The notes: generated by a model from the sequence alone, not told the origin. Shown: positions 32,482 to 43,553, counted from the stretch's first letter. The stretch is DNA of 64,000 bases from an uncultured virus (IMG/VR IMGVR_UViG_3300029286_001003) (IMGVR_UViG_3300029286_001003); one strand, 5' to 3'. Numbers and translations are program-made.

Positions 32482-32757
32482 ATGCCATCAAAAAGTCAAA
32501 GTCAAAGGGGGTTAATATTTGGTAGAAGAAACAAATATGGATCAAAGAAAAATACACCAAAAAAATGGAAATTTATTTGGGATGAGGGGTGGGAGAATAA
32601 AGGTAAATTACCAGAATCTTCAATTTTTCCTAAATTTTCAGAATTCATAAATGAAAAAGTTATCGAAAACCCAATCAAAGAAGATTGGAAATTTTCTGGA
32701 TTGGTTGAAGTTGATGTTAATGGTGAAAAGAAATATGTTCCTGTTTACGATAAATAA
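32482..32757 (+). CDS. Small late protein with internal FSEFINE tag-like motif
   Basis: MPSKSQSQR start; TTAATATATA at 32453. Confidence 0.55.
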   Translation: MPSKSQSQRGLIFGRRNKYGSKKNTPKKWKFIWDEGWENKGKLPESSIFPKFSEFINEKVIENPIKEDWKFSGLVEVDVNGEKKYVPVYDK

Positions 32758-33392
32758 CTTTTTTCGACATATTCAATTAACTTATTAAGATTATTAACAT
32801 TTCCCATGTGTTCTGGAATACTCAATTTTAAAAATTTTAATCGTCTTTCTTTATATTCACTACCAGTGAATTCATATTCTTTATGAATCTGTTCTTCCCA
32901 TTTCAATAATTCTGGTAAACTTCTATCCAATATAGAACAATCAATTTTGTTAAAACTATAAATTAATTCGTGAATTTTATCATGTGTTTTTGTTGCTAAA
33001 ATAATCTTTTTAGCATTTTCCTTTATTTCATAATATTCTGATTCATCTAATATTGATGTTGAAAAATCTAAAAATTCAATACTTTTTTCTTCGTTGTCTC
33101 TTCTTTGTGGATCGTAAACAATATCATGGAAAATAGCAGCAATTAACATAGATACATAATTATCTGATGAACGTTGTGATCTTTTATTATCTGATAAAAG
33201 TTGTGATCTTTTTAAAACCAATTGTTTCAAAACATCATTTAAATGTTCAACAGTATGAAAATGTCGATGTGGTTCCGAATATCTTCTAATAACTTCATCG
33301 TAGGTAATATCGATTCCATATTGACCAATTAAATCAAGAGTGTAGGAAATAAAATCTAAAAAACAATGTCCATTACCAATTTTATTTTTCAT
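32745..33392 (-). CDS. HD-superfamily metal-dependent phosphohydrolase
   Basis: YSEPHRHFH..H, FHDIVYDP..NEEKS, ATK.H, D.SIL. Confidence 0.85.
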   Translation of the reverse strand: MKNKIGNGHCFLDFISYTLDLIGQYGIDITYDEVIRRYSEPHRHFHTVEHLNDVLKQLVLKRSQLLSDNKRSQRSSDNYVSMLIAAIFHDIVYDPQRRDNEEKSIEFLDFSTSILDESEYYEIKENAKKIILATKTHDKIHELIYSFNKIDCSILDRSLPELLKWEEQIHKEYEFTGSEYKERRLKFLKLSIPEHMGNVNNLNKLIEYVEKSYLS

Positions 33393-34400
33393 TTTATAAA
33401 TCTATTAAATAATTTTTCATTTTTTCCACAATGGAATACAAATTCTAAAAATGTATAATATTTATGTGGGTCTGGATCTACTACACCAAGTCCAGTTTTT
33501 ACACACCAACCATTTTGATATAATTCAGATTCATGAACATTTGAAACTGTCGCTTTTGGTAATTTCAAATATTCTTGATAACCACTTTTTAACCTTTCTT
33601 CGAATTCATTGAACAAATAATCAATATGAATTTTCATGAAATCATTCATTTCCAAATTTGAATATTCATCCTTAAAAACTCTAAGAGTAATTATATTATC
33701 ACTAATTGATTCAAACCAACCAGATATTTTTTTACCATCAACTTGAAAATCTAATGGTTCATCCACACTAAATGGTAGTTTGTTTAAATATAGTTTGTAA
33801 TTTGTATTTATATTTGTATTTATCATAATTTTATTTTTATTGTTTTTATTTTATTGTGATTTTTCCAATATTTTATTATATTTCGTATTTTTTGAAATCA
33901 AAATCCCAATTAAATGTGTTTTTTTCAACATTAAATTCACTTATCAGTTTATTTAAAATTTTAAATTCATAAAATTTTTCCCAACCATTTTCAGCTTCAT
34001 CATCCATGATATAAATATTGGATATAGTTTTTGTTTTGGTATAATACCTAAAAGCAAATTTTAACCAATTATTTAATTGAAAAAAATGTTCAATATACTT
34101 TTTATCAGAATCTTTATCGTAATCCATTTCATCATCATAATCTACACCTATATATGATGATGAATCGATATCTTTTAAGTATTCATCTGTGAATTTAACT
34201 GGTAATTTTTCGTATTCGTATGTTTCCATAATTTCCTATTTGTTTTCTAAATGAAATTCAAAACACCCACAATTTATACAACTAAGTATTTCCATTTCAA
34301 TTTCTTTTTCGGATACAGATTGTGTAAAATTTGGAAAATTACACTCATTACATACCCATACTTTTTTATCTACTTTTTTAACTTTTTTATCTTCTTCCAT
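33389..34400 (-). CDS. Three hypothetical genes, the last a small CxxC-CxxC zinc ribbon
   Basis: 33389..33826, 33876..34229, ~34236..34400. Confidence 0.5.
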
Positions 34401-34401
34401 A

Positions 34402-34851
34402 TCAATAATTTTTTTTAATATCCCTATCAGAATCCCTTTTTTTAATAGTTTCGCGTTTATCATATTGTTTCTTCCCCCTTGCCAAACCAACATTTATTTT
34501 GATCTTACCTTTTTCATTATACTGGATAGCAAGTGGAACTATCGTTACCCCCTTAATTTCAAATTCCTTTTGAAATTTAGATAGTTGTTTTTTAGTCATT
34601 AAAAGTTTCTTATCCCTTTTCGGATCGTGATTTTGAAACCCACCTTCATATTCAGAAATATGAAGATTTCTTATCCACAATTCATTACCTATAAAAAGAC
34701 AATAGGAATCCGTAAAATTTACTTTCCCACCCTTGATAGACTTTACTTCTGAACCCAAAAGACATATACCCGCAAGCTCGGAACTAAGTATTTCGTAGTT
34801 GAAATAAGCTTTTTTATTCTTTAATATCAATTTGTCTTTATCACTCTTCAT
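34402..34851 (-). CDS. smpB: SsrA-binding protein SmpB
   Basis: NKKAYFNY, AGI.L.GSEVKS, RDKKLL, GKKQYDKRE. Confidence 0.95.
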   Translation of the reverse strand: MKSDKDKLILKNKKAYFNYEILSSELAGICLLGSEVKSIKGGKVNFTDSYCLFIGNELWIRNLHISEYEGGFQNHDPKRDKKLLMTKKQLSKFQKEFEIKGVTIVPLAIQYNEKGKIKINVGLARGKKQYDKRETIKKRDSDRDIKKNY

Positions 34852-34999
34852 TTTGATGTTCTTCGTTCCATCTTTCTTGATCTTCTACCCATTGTTGATA
34901 ATAACCATCCCTACCATATTCGACATCACCATAACACATTGAACAACATGTTCCTTGTCCGTCCGGAATTTCACTACCACATGATGTACAATAATTCAT
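34841..34999 (-). CDS. Small zinc-ribbon protein (not in ORF track)
   Basis: MNYCTSCGSEIPDGQGTCCSMCYG... Confidence 0.55.
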   Translation of the reverse strand: MNYCTSCGSEIPDGQGTCCSMCYGDVEYGRDGYYQQWVEDQERWNEEHQNEE

Positions 35000-35352
35000 T
35001 TTAAAATTTCATTTATGTTGTTTTCTTCTTTTTCTTCCATCTTTGGATATAATTCAATAATAGAATTAATTAAATTTCTTATATCCTTTGGGTTCCTGAA
35101 ATATTGATGTGAGTCAAAAATCAATGTGTTATTTACTGATTTATTATGAACATCAATTTCAATATCCTTGTGTCTGAAATGATCATAGATATAAATATTT
35201 ATACCACATTCATCATCATCAAACTTCAATATATATTTATGATGAAAATGTTCAATTGTTTTATGAAAAAATGTAATTTTATCAATGTGTGATAAAATTC
35301 TTTCATTTATCATTTTAACCAGTTTTCTTTTTTGTTCTTCGTTAAATCTCAT
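34996..35352 (-). CDS. Hypothetical protein
   Basis: ORF. Confidence 0.5.
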   Translation of the reverse strand: MRFNEEQKRKLVKMINERILSHIDKITFFHKTIEHFHHKYILKFDDDECGINIYIYDHFRHKDIEIDVHNKSVNNTLIFDSHQYFRNPKDIRNLINSIIELYPKMEEKEENNINEILK

Positions 35353-35532
35353 ATATTTGATTTTTAATATTTTAATTATAATCGTAAAGCATTATGATAT
35401 ATACTATAATATATAATAATTATATGTTCCTAAAAAAATAAACATATCATTCCTATTATTAAAATTATCAATAACACAATGGTTATATTTTCAGCGGTAT
35501 TACTTCTTAACCAGTTTCTAAATTTTTTCATG

Positions 35533-36411
35533 CTATTTTTCCATTGATGAAACATCATAATTACCAAGTATTAAAAATCTATCTGATGTGCCATTTGCAT
35601 CTGATGGAACATTTTTACAATTACTATTTAAGAATCTAACTACAGCATCTGAACCAGCGTTATGAGCCATCGCTAACAATCCACTTATGGTAAGGTGATA
35701 ACCTCTTATAATTTTATTATCATATTTTTTCAAATGTGGTTTCATAAATTCATAATTATGTTTAAGATATAATACAACAGCAGCGTCTTGAATTTCTGGT
35801 GTATTTAAAAACTTTTCATAACTAATACTACCAAAACCAACTGTTCTTCGAGCACCATCACCCATTTGCCATCTACCTAAATATTGGGAACCAATTCTTC
35901 TGGATTTATAATTATTTCCAGATTCTATTTGTCCCAATCTTTCCAAAAACTTCTTTAATGTTTTTGTACTATCAACTGTATAAACCGTAATAAACTCAAA
36001 ATTTTGAATTATTTCAGTTTGATTTAATCCGGTTTTTTGAGAAAATGTTTTTATATAATCTTTCATCGTAATAGTATCCGGAACATAAACTGATTGTGGT
36101 AAAATATTTTGTTTTTGTGGACTTTTAAACCACCCAAATTTTGTATTTAAATAATCAGTTACCATATTAACCCCCAATTTTCCACCCAAATAAATTGAAC
36201 CAATTAAAAATAATCCAATTGTAATTCTTTTTAATGTTGTTATTTTTTTGTATTCTAGAAAATAAAGAAATTTATCTTTTATTATTGGAAATGATTGTAA
36301 TCTCAAAACATTAAGGATATATACATATGTATCCCAACGTTGTTTTAGATCATCATCTTTATGATAACCTTCTTTATCTTTGAGTAAATAATGTATTAAT
36401 CTTAATTTCAT
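35533..36411 (-). CDS. Membrane-anchored lytic transglycosylase/lysozyme-like protein
   Basis: TM helix then IESGNNY...YLGRWQM...AHNAG; start MKLRL lies downstream of the early promoter 36436-36466. Confidence 0.7.
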   Translation of the reverse strand: MKLRLIHYLLKDKEGYHKDDDLKQRWDTYVYILNVLRLQSFPIIKDKFLYFLEYKKITTLKRITIGLFLIGSIYLGGKLGVNMVTDYLNTKFGWFKSPQKQNILPQSVYVPDTITMKDYIKTFSQKTGLNQTEIIQNFEFITVYTVDSTKTLKKFLERLGQIESGNNYKSRRIGSQYLGRWQMGDGARRTVGFGSISYEKFLNTPEIQDAAVVLYLKHNYEFMKPHLKKYDNKIIRGYHLTISGLLAMAHNAGSDAVVRFLNSNCKNVPSDANGTSDRFLILGNYDVSSMEK

Positions 36412-36512
36412 TTTTTTATTTTTGGAATTCGAATACAAAGATAATGAAAAGTTTGAAATAAAAAAATATAAAACTTAAATTCTATTATTATATAAAAACA
36501 ATAAAAAAAATT

Positions 36513-36989
36513 ATGGAGTTAAAAGAACTTTTACAACAATCACATCAATCTTATAAAGACAGTGGATTTTGGTCTGATTATGATACTATTAAAAATATAA
36601 TGAAAAATAATCCTGAACTTTTCACGAAACATCAGATAGAACAAGTTAAATATGCTTTTATTAGTCAGAAATTATCGATTATACAAAAAGAAATTAGTGA
36701 TTCATTGAGTTCTTTACGAATAGGAAAAAATTATAAGGGTGGAAAAGAAAATCTAGATAAAATAATAGAATTATCTAAAATCATTTCCGAAGAACAAACA
36801 GATCCCCAAATATTTTTTAAAGGTTCTTACATAACTCATGTTAAAGATACATTTGAAGATGAAATGGCAACAGCATTTATCAAATTGTGTGATTTATGTG
36901 AAAAAATAGATTTAGATATTGAAAAATTCATTTTAATGAAATTAGCATTTAATAAGACGAGAACCGAAAAACATAACAAACTATTTTAA
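36513..36989 (+). CDS. MazG-like nucleotide pyrophosphohydrolase fold (degenerate)
   Basis: KL..I..EISD.L..LR...EDEMAT..I.LCDL....IDL...I..K..FN..R..KH.K. Confidence 0.6.
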   Translation: MELKELLQQSHQSYKDSGFWSDYDTIKNIMKNNPELFTKHQIEQVKYAFISQKLSIIQKEISDSLSSLRIGKNYKGGKENLDKIIELSKIISEEQTDPQIFFKGSYITHVKDTFEDEMATAFIKLCDLCEKIDLDIEKFILMKLAFNKTRTEKHNKLF

Positions 36990-37063
36990 ATATTTCTACT
37001 ATAAAAAGAAACTAAATTTAATAACTATGGAAGATAATATAAATATTACAAATTCAACAATCG

Positions 37064-37732
37064 ATGATGTTAGATATGAAAAATGAAAAAACTGAAAAAA
37101 AATTAGAAATTTCATTTGAACAATTTGAATATGAATATGAACATACTACTTTTGGATTCGAAAAATGGAATGAAAAAGGAAGAGAAGGTTGGGAAATGGT
37201 TCAAAGAGTTTGGACATCATCTAGTGATATTAATATAATATGGAAAAGAAAGTTGAATCATAAAAATATAGAAGTGTCAGATGAATCACAAGAAATATCA
37301 GATATTGAAGCTTTCAAAAATCTAGCAGAAATATCTAATGTATTCGGTGGATTGGATTATCATCAAGATATGAAAAATGAAAAAACTGAAAAAAAATTAG
37401 AAATTTCATTTGAACAATTTGAATATGAATATGAACATACTACTTTTGGATTCGAAAAATGGAATGAAAAAGGAAGAGAAGGTTGGGAAATGGTTCAAAG
37501 AGTTTGGACATCATCTAGTGATATTAATATAATATGGAAAAGAAAGTTGAATCATAAAAATATAGAAGTGTCAGATGAATCACAAGAAATATCAGATATT
37601 GAAGCTTTCAAAAATCTAGCAGATTGGTTAATAACAAATAAAAGATCTGTTTTTTTAGAATCAGATATTTCATTAGAAGATAAGAAAAAAATATGTTATA
37701 CACTTAATATCAGTACAACAATACTTGAATGA
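37064..37732 (+). CDS. Hypothetical protein containing an exact internal duplication
   Basis: 86-aa block with a G.EGWE.V motif present twice. Confidence 0.5.
   Translation: MMLDMKNEKTEKKLEISFEQFEYEYEHTTFGFEKWNEKGREGWEMVQRVWTSSSDINIIWKRKLNHKNIEVSDESQEISDIEAFKNLAEISNVFGGLDYHQDMKNEKTEKKLEISFEQFEYEYEHTTFGFEKWNEKGREGWEMVQRVWTSSSDINIIWKRKLNHKNIEVSDESQEISDIEAFKNLADWLITNKRSVFLESDISLEDKKKICYTLNISTTILE
37072..37623 (+). repeat. 258-bp exact direct repeat (37072-37329, 37366-37623)
   Basis: Identical copies 294 bp apart with a 36-bp spacer. Confidence 0.9.
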
Positions 37733-38006
37733 AATGACCAGAGAAGAAAAATTAAAAACAATTGTAAAATTATTTGCTAAGAATATGTTTTATGGTGATT
37801 GGAATTGGGAAACCCCAAATGAAAGAGTTATTACAATGTTAATGCAAGATGTTGGTTTATATCCATTTAAAGATGAAGATGAAATGATTTTGAATACTAA
37901 GATAAATGAAGATCTTTATATTAGGGCAAGAAATGAAATATCAAAAAGAAAAACTGATAATGAATCGGAAATTAAAAAGGAACGTTCACCTAATAAAAAT
38001 AAATAA
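37728..38006 (+). CDS. Hypothetical protein
   Basis: ORF. Confidence 0.55.
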   Translation, partial: NEMTREEKLKTIVKLFAKNMFYGDWNWETPNERVITMLMQDVGLYPFKDEDEMILNTKINEDLYIRARNEISKRKTDNESEIKKERSPNKNK

Positions 38007-38013
38007 AATAAAT

Positions 38014-38295
38014 ATGAATAGAGAATTTTTAAATATAACCGAAGAAGAAATTGAAGATTACACCAATGAAAATTATACTTGGAAAATTCAAGGTAACAAA
38101 TATAAATATATTGACAAATTCCGAGTAGATGGTGATGGTGAATGATATGGTGTAATTGTTCAACGACAATCAGACAAGAAATATTTTCAGTTTAATTGGG
38201 GGATCGGTTGGAGTCAAGGGTATCATTACGATTCAAAATGGAGAGAAGTAAAACCTAAAGTAGTAACTAAAACAACATATGATTGGGACAAATGA
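38014..38295 (+). pseudogene. 93-codon gene with an in-frame TGA at 38143-38145
   Basis: DGDGE*YGVIVQRQSDKKYFQFNW continues in frame to a stop overlapping the next ATG. Confidence 0.65.
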
Positions 38296-38753
38296 AAAGA
38301 TTAATTTTTTTAATACCATTTTTATTTATACCTTTATTATTCTCACAGAATTCTGTCATAACTTTTAATTATATTGATTTGACAAAACGTGAAATAATGA
38401 AAGATTTGAATTATACCAAATTTTACGTTTCGGAAAGATTGTGGGTGATAGTTGATTCAAATAGTCAATGGAAATTATCAGATGAATACTATTCATATTT
38501 GTTTGATTTTCAAAATGGTGAAAGATTATCAACTACCTATAATTCCAAAACCACAAAATGTATAAGTTATGTATGGGATTATACTTCATATAATAACTAC
38601 TACGGGTACATTGATTTTTTTAACAAATATCTACACCCAACAGGTAAAGTGTTAACGTGGGTGGATAAAAACGATAATGGTGATATAATTTTCATATTAT
38701 ATCCAAATGGAAATAAGAAAGGCGGATTTACTTTATATGTTTATGAAAAATGA
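38292..38753 (+). CDS. Secreted/periplasmic hypothetical protein
   Basis: Signal peptide MKRLIFLIPFLFIPLLFS|Q. Confidence 0.6.
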   Translation: MKRLIFLIPFLFIPLLFSQNSVITFNYIDLTKREIMKDLNYTKFYVSERLWVIVDSNSQWKLSDEYYSYLFDFQNGERLSTTYNSKTTKCISYVWDYTSYNNYYGYIDFFNKYLHPTGKVLTWVDKNDNGDIIFILYPNGNKKGGFTLYVYEK

Positions 38754-39058
38754 AAAAAATAATAAGAATAATTAAGAAAGAATATTTCTTTTATCGATTA
38801 AAACAAGTCCAAAATTTGGATAAAGATAAAGAAATAAAGAAGTGGGTTGGAAAAATAATTCAAACTTGATAATATGGAAAAAATTTATTTAGTTGTTAAA
38901 AATGAACATTACCTTTGTTCTGATGGTTTATATAATCATATTTCAACGAATATTCAATCATATATTGATCGAAATATCGCGATTGGTTTTGTTAAAAATA
39001 TGAACACTTGTGAAAATTGTGAATATAGTGTTGAAGAAATTACACTATATAGATAATC

Positions 39059-39553
39059 TCAATTCCAACAAATATTATCTAGATTTGTTAATTCATTATT
39101 ATCCTTCTTTTCTTCATAAAAAATATTAAAATCAAAAGGAACATAAGGTTCCAATTCCACATCATAATATTCTTTGAAAAAATCTACAGCAAATTGATCT
39201 GGAATGTAAATTTCTTCGTTGTTATCATCCATTATATAATAATCAATATGTTCATCTTCAATTAAAGTATTAACATCGTGTTCAATTGATAGATAATTTA
39301 TAATTTCTTCGAAATCTTCAACAGTAATTCTTTCATTACCAGTTCTTCTTAATTTGTAATCTGATAATGGTAATAATTCATCTAGAAATCTTGTTATTGG
39401 AATATCTTTATCTTCGAAAAAATCACGAATAGAACCACCTGTTTCCACCATTGTATTAATCATCCACTTACTATATTCTAGTGTTTTTAAATTGTATTTT
39501 TCACTGTTTTTAGATAAATAAATATTCATTTGTTCAATCATCGATAGAGACAT
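39059..39553 (-). CDS. Acidic hypothetical protein
   Basis: ORF. Confidence 0.55.
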   Translation of the reverse strand: MSLSMIEQMNIYLSKNSEKYNLKTLEYSKWMINTMVETGGSIRDFFEDKDIPITRFLDELLPLSDYKLRRTGNERITVEDFEEIINYLSIEHDVNTLIEDEHIDYYIMDDNNEEIYIPDQFAVDFFKEYYDVELEPYVPFDFNIFYEEKKDNNELTNLDNICWN

Positions 39554-39564
39554 TTATATGGAGA

Positions 39565-40371
39565 TTACTTTTCTTTTATATATTTATTTTTCTTACCAAA
39601 TAATTTTTCCATAATACCGGAATCGTGGAAATATTCAACTATAAATCTCAAGTATTCATCTTTGTTTTCTGAGAATTTAAAGTTACCGGGAGCGTCCTTA
39701 AATGGTTCAAATATTTCTAAAGATTTTTTAAATAATTCTGAATTTTCTTTGTAGAAATAATCTTTTGGATTTAATTTATAATCAAAAAACATATTAGCAT
39801 TAAAACTGGGGCTGTTCATTAAAAAATCCACTTCATTTTCAAATGTAAAAAAACCTTTTTGAAATTGTCTGAAATTCAATCCTAGAAATTCTACAATTTC
39901 ATCAATTTTAGTTGATAATAAAAAATTACCCCTATCCTTATATTTCAATCCATTACTTTCAAAACGTAATCCAAATCTTTCAAATAATACATTCATCAGT
40001 ATAGGTAAAATATCCCAACTATAATACCAAAATGTAATAGGTATGTCTGTTTCCTGTGTCAGTATGAATACGATCCTGAAATCCTTATACATCACATCAA
40101 CAAATTCTTTTGTTGACTTATATTCATCTGATTGAATAATTTCACATAATTGTTGTGGTGTAATGTAATTCGGAACAATGACTTTTAGATGATCGAAATC
40201 TTTCTTATCCCTATAAACAAAAGGTATTTCAAAATTAATATCATTGGAACGTAATCTATAATCAATATGAATCAATATGTCCTTCAAGAAATCAGGAACT
40301 TCTTTTGGTTTCTGGGTATTTCTTTTAGAATTATATGTATCAATTATATATTGAACAAAAGATTTTTTCAT
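39565..40371 (-). CDS. Degenerate nucleotidyltransferase (Pol beta-like) fold protein
   Basis: IP..YRDKKDFDHLKVIV replaces GDxD; downstream GL.F...GL, I.EFLGL pattern. Confidence 0.45.
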   Translation of the reverse strand: MKKSFVQYIIDTYNSKRNTQKPKEVPDFLKDILIHIDYRLRSNDINFEIPFVYRDKKDFDHLKVIVPNYITPQQLCEIIQSDEYKSTKEFVDVMYKDFRIVFILTQETDIPITFWYYSWDILPILMNVLFERFGLRFESNGLKYKDRGNFLLSTKIDEIVEFLGLNFRQFQKGFFTFENEVDFLMNSPSFNANMFFDYKLNPKDYFYKENSELFKKSLEIFEPFKDAPGNFKFSENKDEYLRFIVEYFHDSGIMEKLFGKKNKYIKEK

Positions 40372-40769
40372 TTATTTGTGTTTTCTTTTGGTACTAATAC
40401 AGTGTGATTCATATTTGTTGCAACCACCCAAAAAGTATAAGTTTTTTTGGTGTCAAACATTGGTGGTTCAGCGTCATCCCAATCTGGTGCAGACGAACCA
40501 TGTCCCGGCCAATAAATACCTTCTTTTTTCATAGTTTGTCCTATAACTATTCCACTTCCATTTAATTCACCAAATATTAATTTCCTATATCCAGCGGGAT
40601 ATTTCACCTTTTCATGCCATAACCCATCTATTTGTTTAGATTTTACTAGGGTAAATTTACCTTCATATAATTTAACATTATATAATTCTGCATTTTTGGG
40701 TGTAATATATATTACATCCGAAAAAACTTCATCAAATACAATTGTATCACCAAATTTTATTTTTTTCAT
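40368..40769 (-). CDS. Hypothetical protein
   Basis: ORF. Confidence 0.55.
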   Translation of the reverse strand: MKKIKFGDTIVFDEVFSDVIYITPKNAELYNVKLYEGKFTLVKSKQIDGLWHEKVKYPAGYRKLIFGELNGSGIVIGQTMKKEGIYWPGHGSSAPDWDDAEPPMFDTKKTYTFWVVATNMNHTVLVPKENTNK

Positions 40770-40897
40770 AATTATTTATTTTTAAATTCTAATATATCTA
40801 TTTATTTTTTAATATAATGTTTTAAATATTTTGGGTTTTTATCATTTTATAGAACATAATTTTAATATATACTAATATAAAAACAAAAATAAAAATT

Positions 40898-41706
40898 ATG
40901 AAAATAGAACTTTTTAATTATTTCACAACGAATAATATAGATGGTAAAAAATCGAAATCTAAATGGCTTGAAAAAAATAATAATCAATTATATATAGAAA
41001 TTATAAATTGGTGTAATAATTATGAAAATTTGAAAAATATAGAATTTAAAAGAAAAGTATATCATTATATTAATGAAGATATAATGATACCAAATTGTCC
41101 CACCTGTGGTAATTCATTAACTTTTATTAGAGTTAAAAACGGATATAATTCATATTGTAGTGATAAGTGTGTTAAAAACTCTACTGAATATAAAATTAAA
41201 TGGTTAGAAACTTGGAAAAAAAGCAATTCAAATAACGAATTTATTTCAAAAAGAATAAAAACGTGTATTGAAAAATATGGTAGTATTGAAGAATTCAAAA
41301 AAGAAAAACTTAAAAAGGTTGTTAAAAATACTAATGAAAAATATGGTGTAGATTATTATATTTTAACTGATGAATTTAAAAAAAATAGAAAAAATAAATT
41401 GAAAGTTAAATATTAAAATTAGAAAGAGGTGTAAAATTATATCATATAGATCATAAATTTTCTATAAAACAAGGATTTATTAATAATTTACCAATAGAAA
41501 TAATAAGTCATCCTTGTAATTTATTTATGATTTGGTATATGGATAATTTAAAAAAACAAGATAAGTGTGATATATCATTAAAACAATTATTAGAAAATAT
41601 AAAAAAATATAATAATAAAAATATAATTAAACACACAAGTTTAAATGAATTATATCAAAAAGAAAATATGTTAAAATTAATAGAAAAATTGAAAATTATA
41701 GATTGA
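40898..41706 (+). pseudogene. HNH homing endonuclease, frameshifted near 41410
   Basis: N-part CPTC...YCS..C and EKYG repeats; another frame continues YHIDHKFSI..GF.NN....I.HPCNL......N..K to TGA at 41706. Confidence 0.75.
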
Positions 41707-41713
41707 TAATATA

Positions 41714-42055
41714 TTATCTTTTACTTTCGGAATAAAAATCTACAATTTCATCAATTGAATAAAAAACTTTAATATTATTTTTTAATGCGTGTTCAACTTC
41801 AATATCCGCACCTTTACTTTTTCCCGGTAATCTTAATACACAATCACAACATTCTAACCAAGCTAAATCCAAATCCATTACTTCATCATATGTCAAAGGA
41901 CATATCATATGAACAAAATGATATAATTCTGGAATATATGGGAAGAATCCCAATTTCATTAGTTTGTGTCCAGTTAAAATTTGATTTCTAACATTCATTC
42001 CTGTATCACCAAAAGTATATGGTGATGCTATATAAATTCTTTTTTTATTTTCCAT
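41714..42055 (-). CDS. Nucleoside 2-deoxyribosyltransferase-like (DUF4406/DUF1937-type) protein
   Basis: IYIASPY, DL..L..CD, S.GA..E. Confidence 0.75.
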   Translation of the reverse strand: MENKKRIYIASPYTFGDTGMNVRNQILTGHKLMKLGFFPYIPELYHFVHMICPLTYDEVMDLDLAWLECCDCVLRLPGKSKGADIEVEHALKNNIKVFYSIDEIVDFYSESKR

Positions 42056-42380
42056 TTAAAATTTTATTTAATTTTTCAAATCTATCATAATTTATTAAAT
42101 TTTCTTCCGTATATTCAATTAATTCATCATAATCATTTCCAATAAATTTATAATTCCAACCCATACAATCATGATGTGCAGATACAATCCAAAAATTTAA
42201 TCCATCATTAACTTTATTTGTTAAATTATGAATTTTGTGACCTGAATCTTGAAGATATATTTGTTTACTATTTTTCCAAGATTCAGTACTTTCATTTTTT
42301 AAAATTTCATCATTTGTATTTAAAAGTGAATTAAATTCATCTTTGGTAAACATTGTTTTAAATAAATCCACATTATTCAT
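42045..42380 (-). CDS. Hypothetical protein
   Basis: ORF. Confidence 0.5.
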   Translation of the reverse strand: MNNVDLFKTMFTKDEFNSLLNTNDEILKNESTESWKNSKQIYLQDSGHKIHNLTNKVNDGLNFWIVSAHHDCMGWNYKFIGNDYDELIEYTEENLINYDRFEKLNKILNGK

Positions 42381-42951
42381 TTTCTAACATTTTTTTATAA
42401 CATTTTCTACAAAGAGATCTATAACTTTCATTTCCACCGATTTGAATTTGTTTACCATGAGTTACAATATTTCCATCTACAAATCTAATATTAAGTATTG
42501 CTTTTTTATCACATTCATAACATAAGGTTCTAAGTTCTTCCACATGATCAGCCAGAATTAACATATAAGTAGATCCTTCAAACGGTTCAAGTTTAAAATC
42601 AGAACGGATTCCATAGGCAATAACTGGAATATTTAGTTTATCTGTAATATCGGTTAGCTGATGAATATGGTGTTTTTTAAAAAACTGCACTTCATCAACC
42701 AAAACACAATCTGGTCTAACAATTGATTTTTCAATATGATTGTACATATCAAATTCATCATTTACACCAATTGCCTCTTTTTCTAAACCAGTTCTAGATT
42801 TAACAATATTTACACCATAACGATTATCTTTCAAAGATGTAAAAATAACAACATGTTTACCTCTTTCTTCGTAATTATAACAAGTTTTTAATAGATCTAA
42901 TGTTTTTCCAGCCCCCATTGAACTGTATCTGAAAAATAATTTAGCCATCAT
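42373..42951 (-). CDS. tdk: Thymidine kinase
   Basis: SMGAGKT, VDEVQF, YG.RSDF, FEGS, IQIGGNESY..CRKC. Confidence 0.95.
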   Translation of the reverse strand: MMAKLFFRYSSMGAGKTLDLLKTCYNYEERGKHVVIFTSLKDNRYGVNIVKSRTGLEKEAIGVNDEFDMYNHIEKSIVRPDCVLVDEVQFFKKHHIHQLTDITDKLNIPVIAYGIRSDFKLEPFEGSTYMLILADHVEELRTLCYECDKKAILNIRFVDGNIVTHGKQIQIGGNESYRSLCRKCYKKMLENE

Positions 42952-43477
42952 TTTCTGGATTCATTTTTAGACAATCTGGGGTAAACTCATCTATTAATAA
43001 TTCTTCAAATTTTGTTTTTATTTTCATAAGTGCATCACTTGAAAATATAATATTTTCAAACAATCCAATGTCAACTTCAATATCAAAATCGTCATTACCA
43101 TTTTCGATTTTACTCACACTATAAACGTTTTCAATTTTTTTCATAATAAAATTATTTTTTCACATTCTATCGATTTCTCTTAGAACGGCATCAATTTTTT
43201 TACCAAGATCCATAGGTAACATTTGTCTCCTACATTCTTTAAGTAATGTAGCCATCCTTTGTGATAATTCAACGATGTATTTAACATCACTTTCAAATGT
43301 TTTACTTATTGGCTGTTGTGTTTGTTGTGGTTGATTTTGTTGTGGTGAGAAATTATTCATCACACTTTGATTTTTCCTTAATAATTCAACTTCTTTTCTC
43401 ATTGAATTTAATTCCATTTCAATTTTTAGAGTTTTATTTTCTTCCTCTAAAAATTTCTTTTTATAATCAGTTGGCAT
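42941..43477 (-). CDS. Two hypothetical genes (42941..43144; ~43160..43477 coiled-coil)
   Basis: ORFs behind an AAAC-N18-TATA motif. Confidence 0.5.
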
Positions 43478-43553
43478 AACAATGATATTTTTCCTAATAT
43501 ACAGAAAAAACAAGTAAATGTTTTAAAATAAATTTCTAATTTTAAAATGTAGT

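Noticed and set aside
37072..37623. Diversity-generating retroelement template/variable repeat pair
   Set aside because: Copies are identical with no adenine-specific differences, and there is no reverse transcriptase in the window
38143..38200. Selenocysteine insertion at the in-frame TGA
   Set aside because: No redox-motif context and no convincing SECIS hairpin downstream
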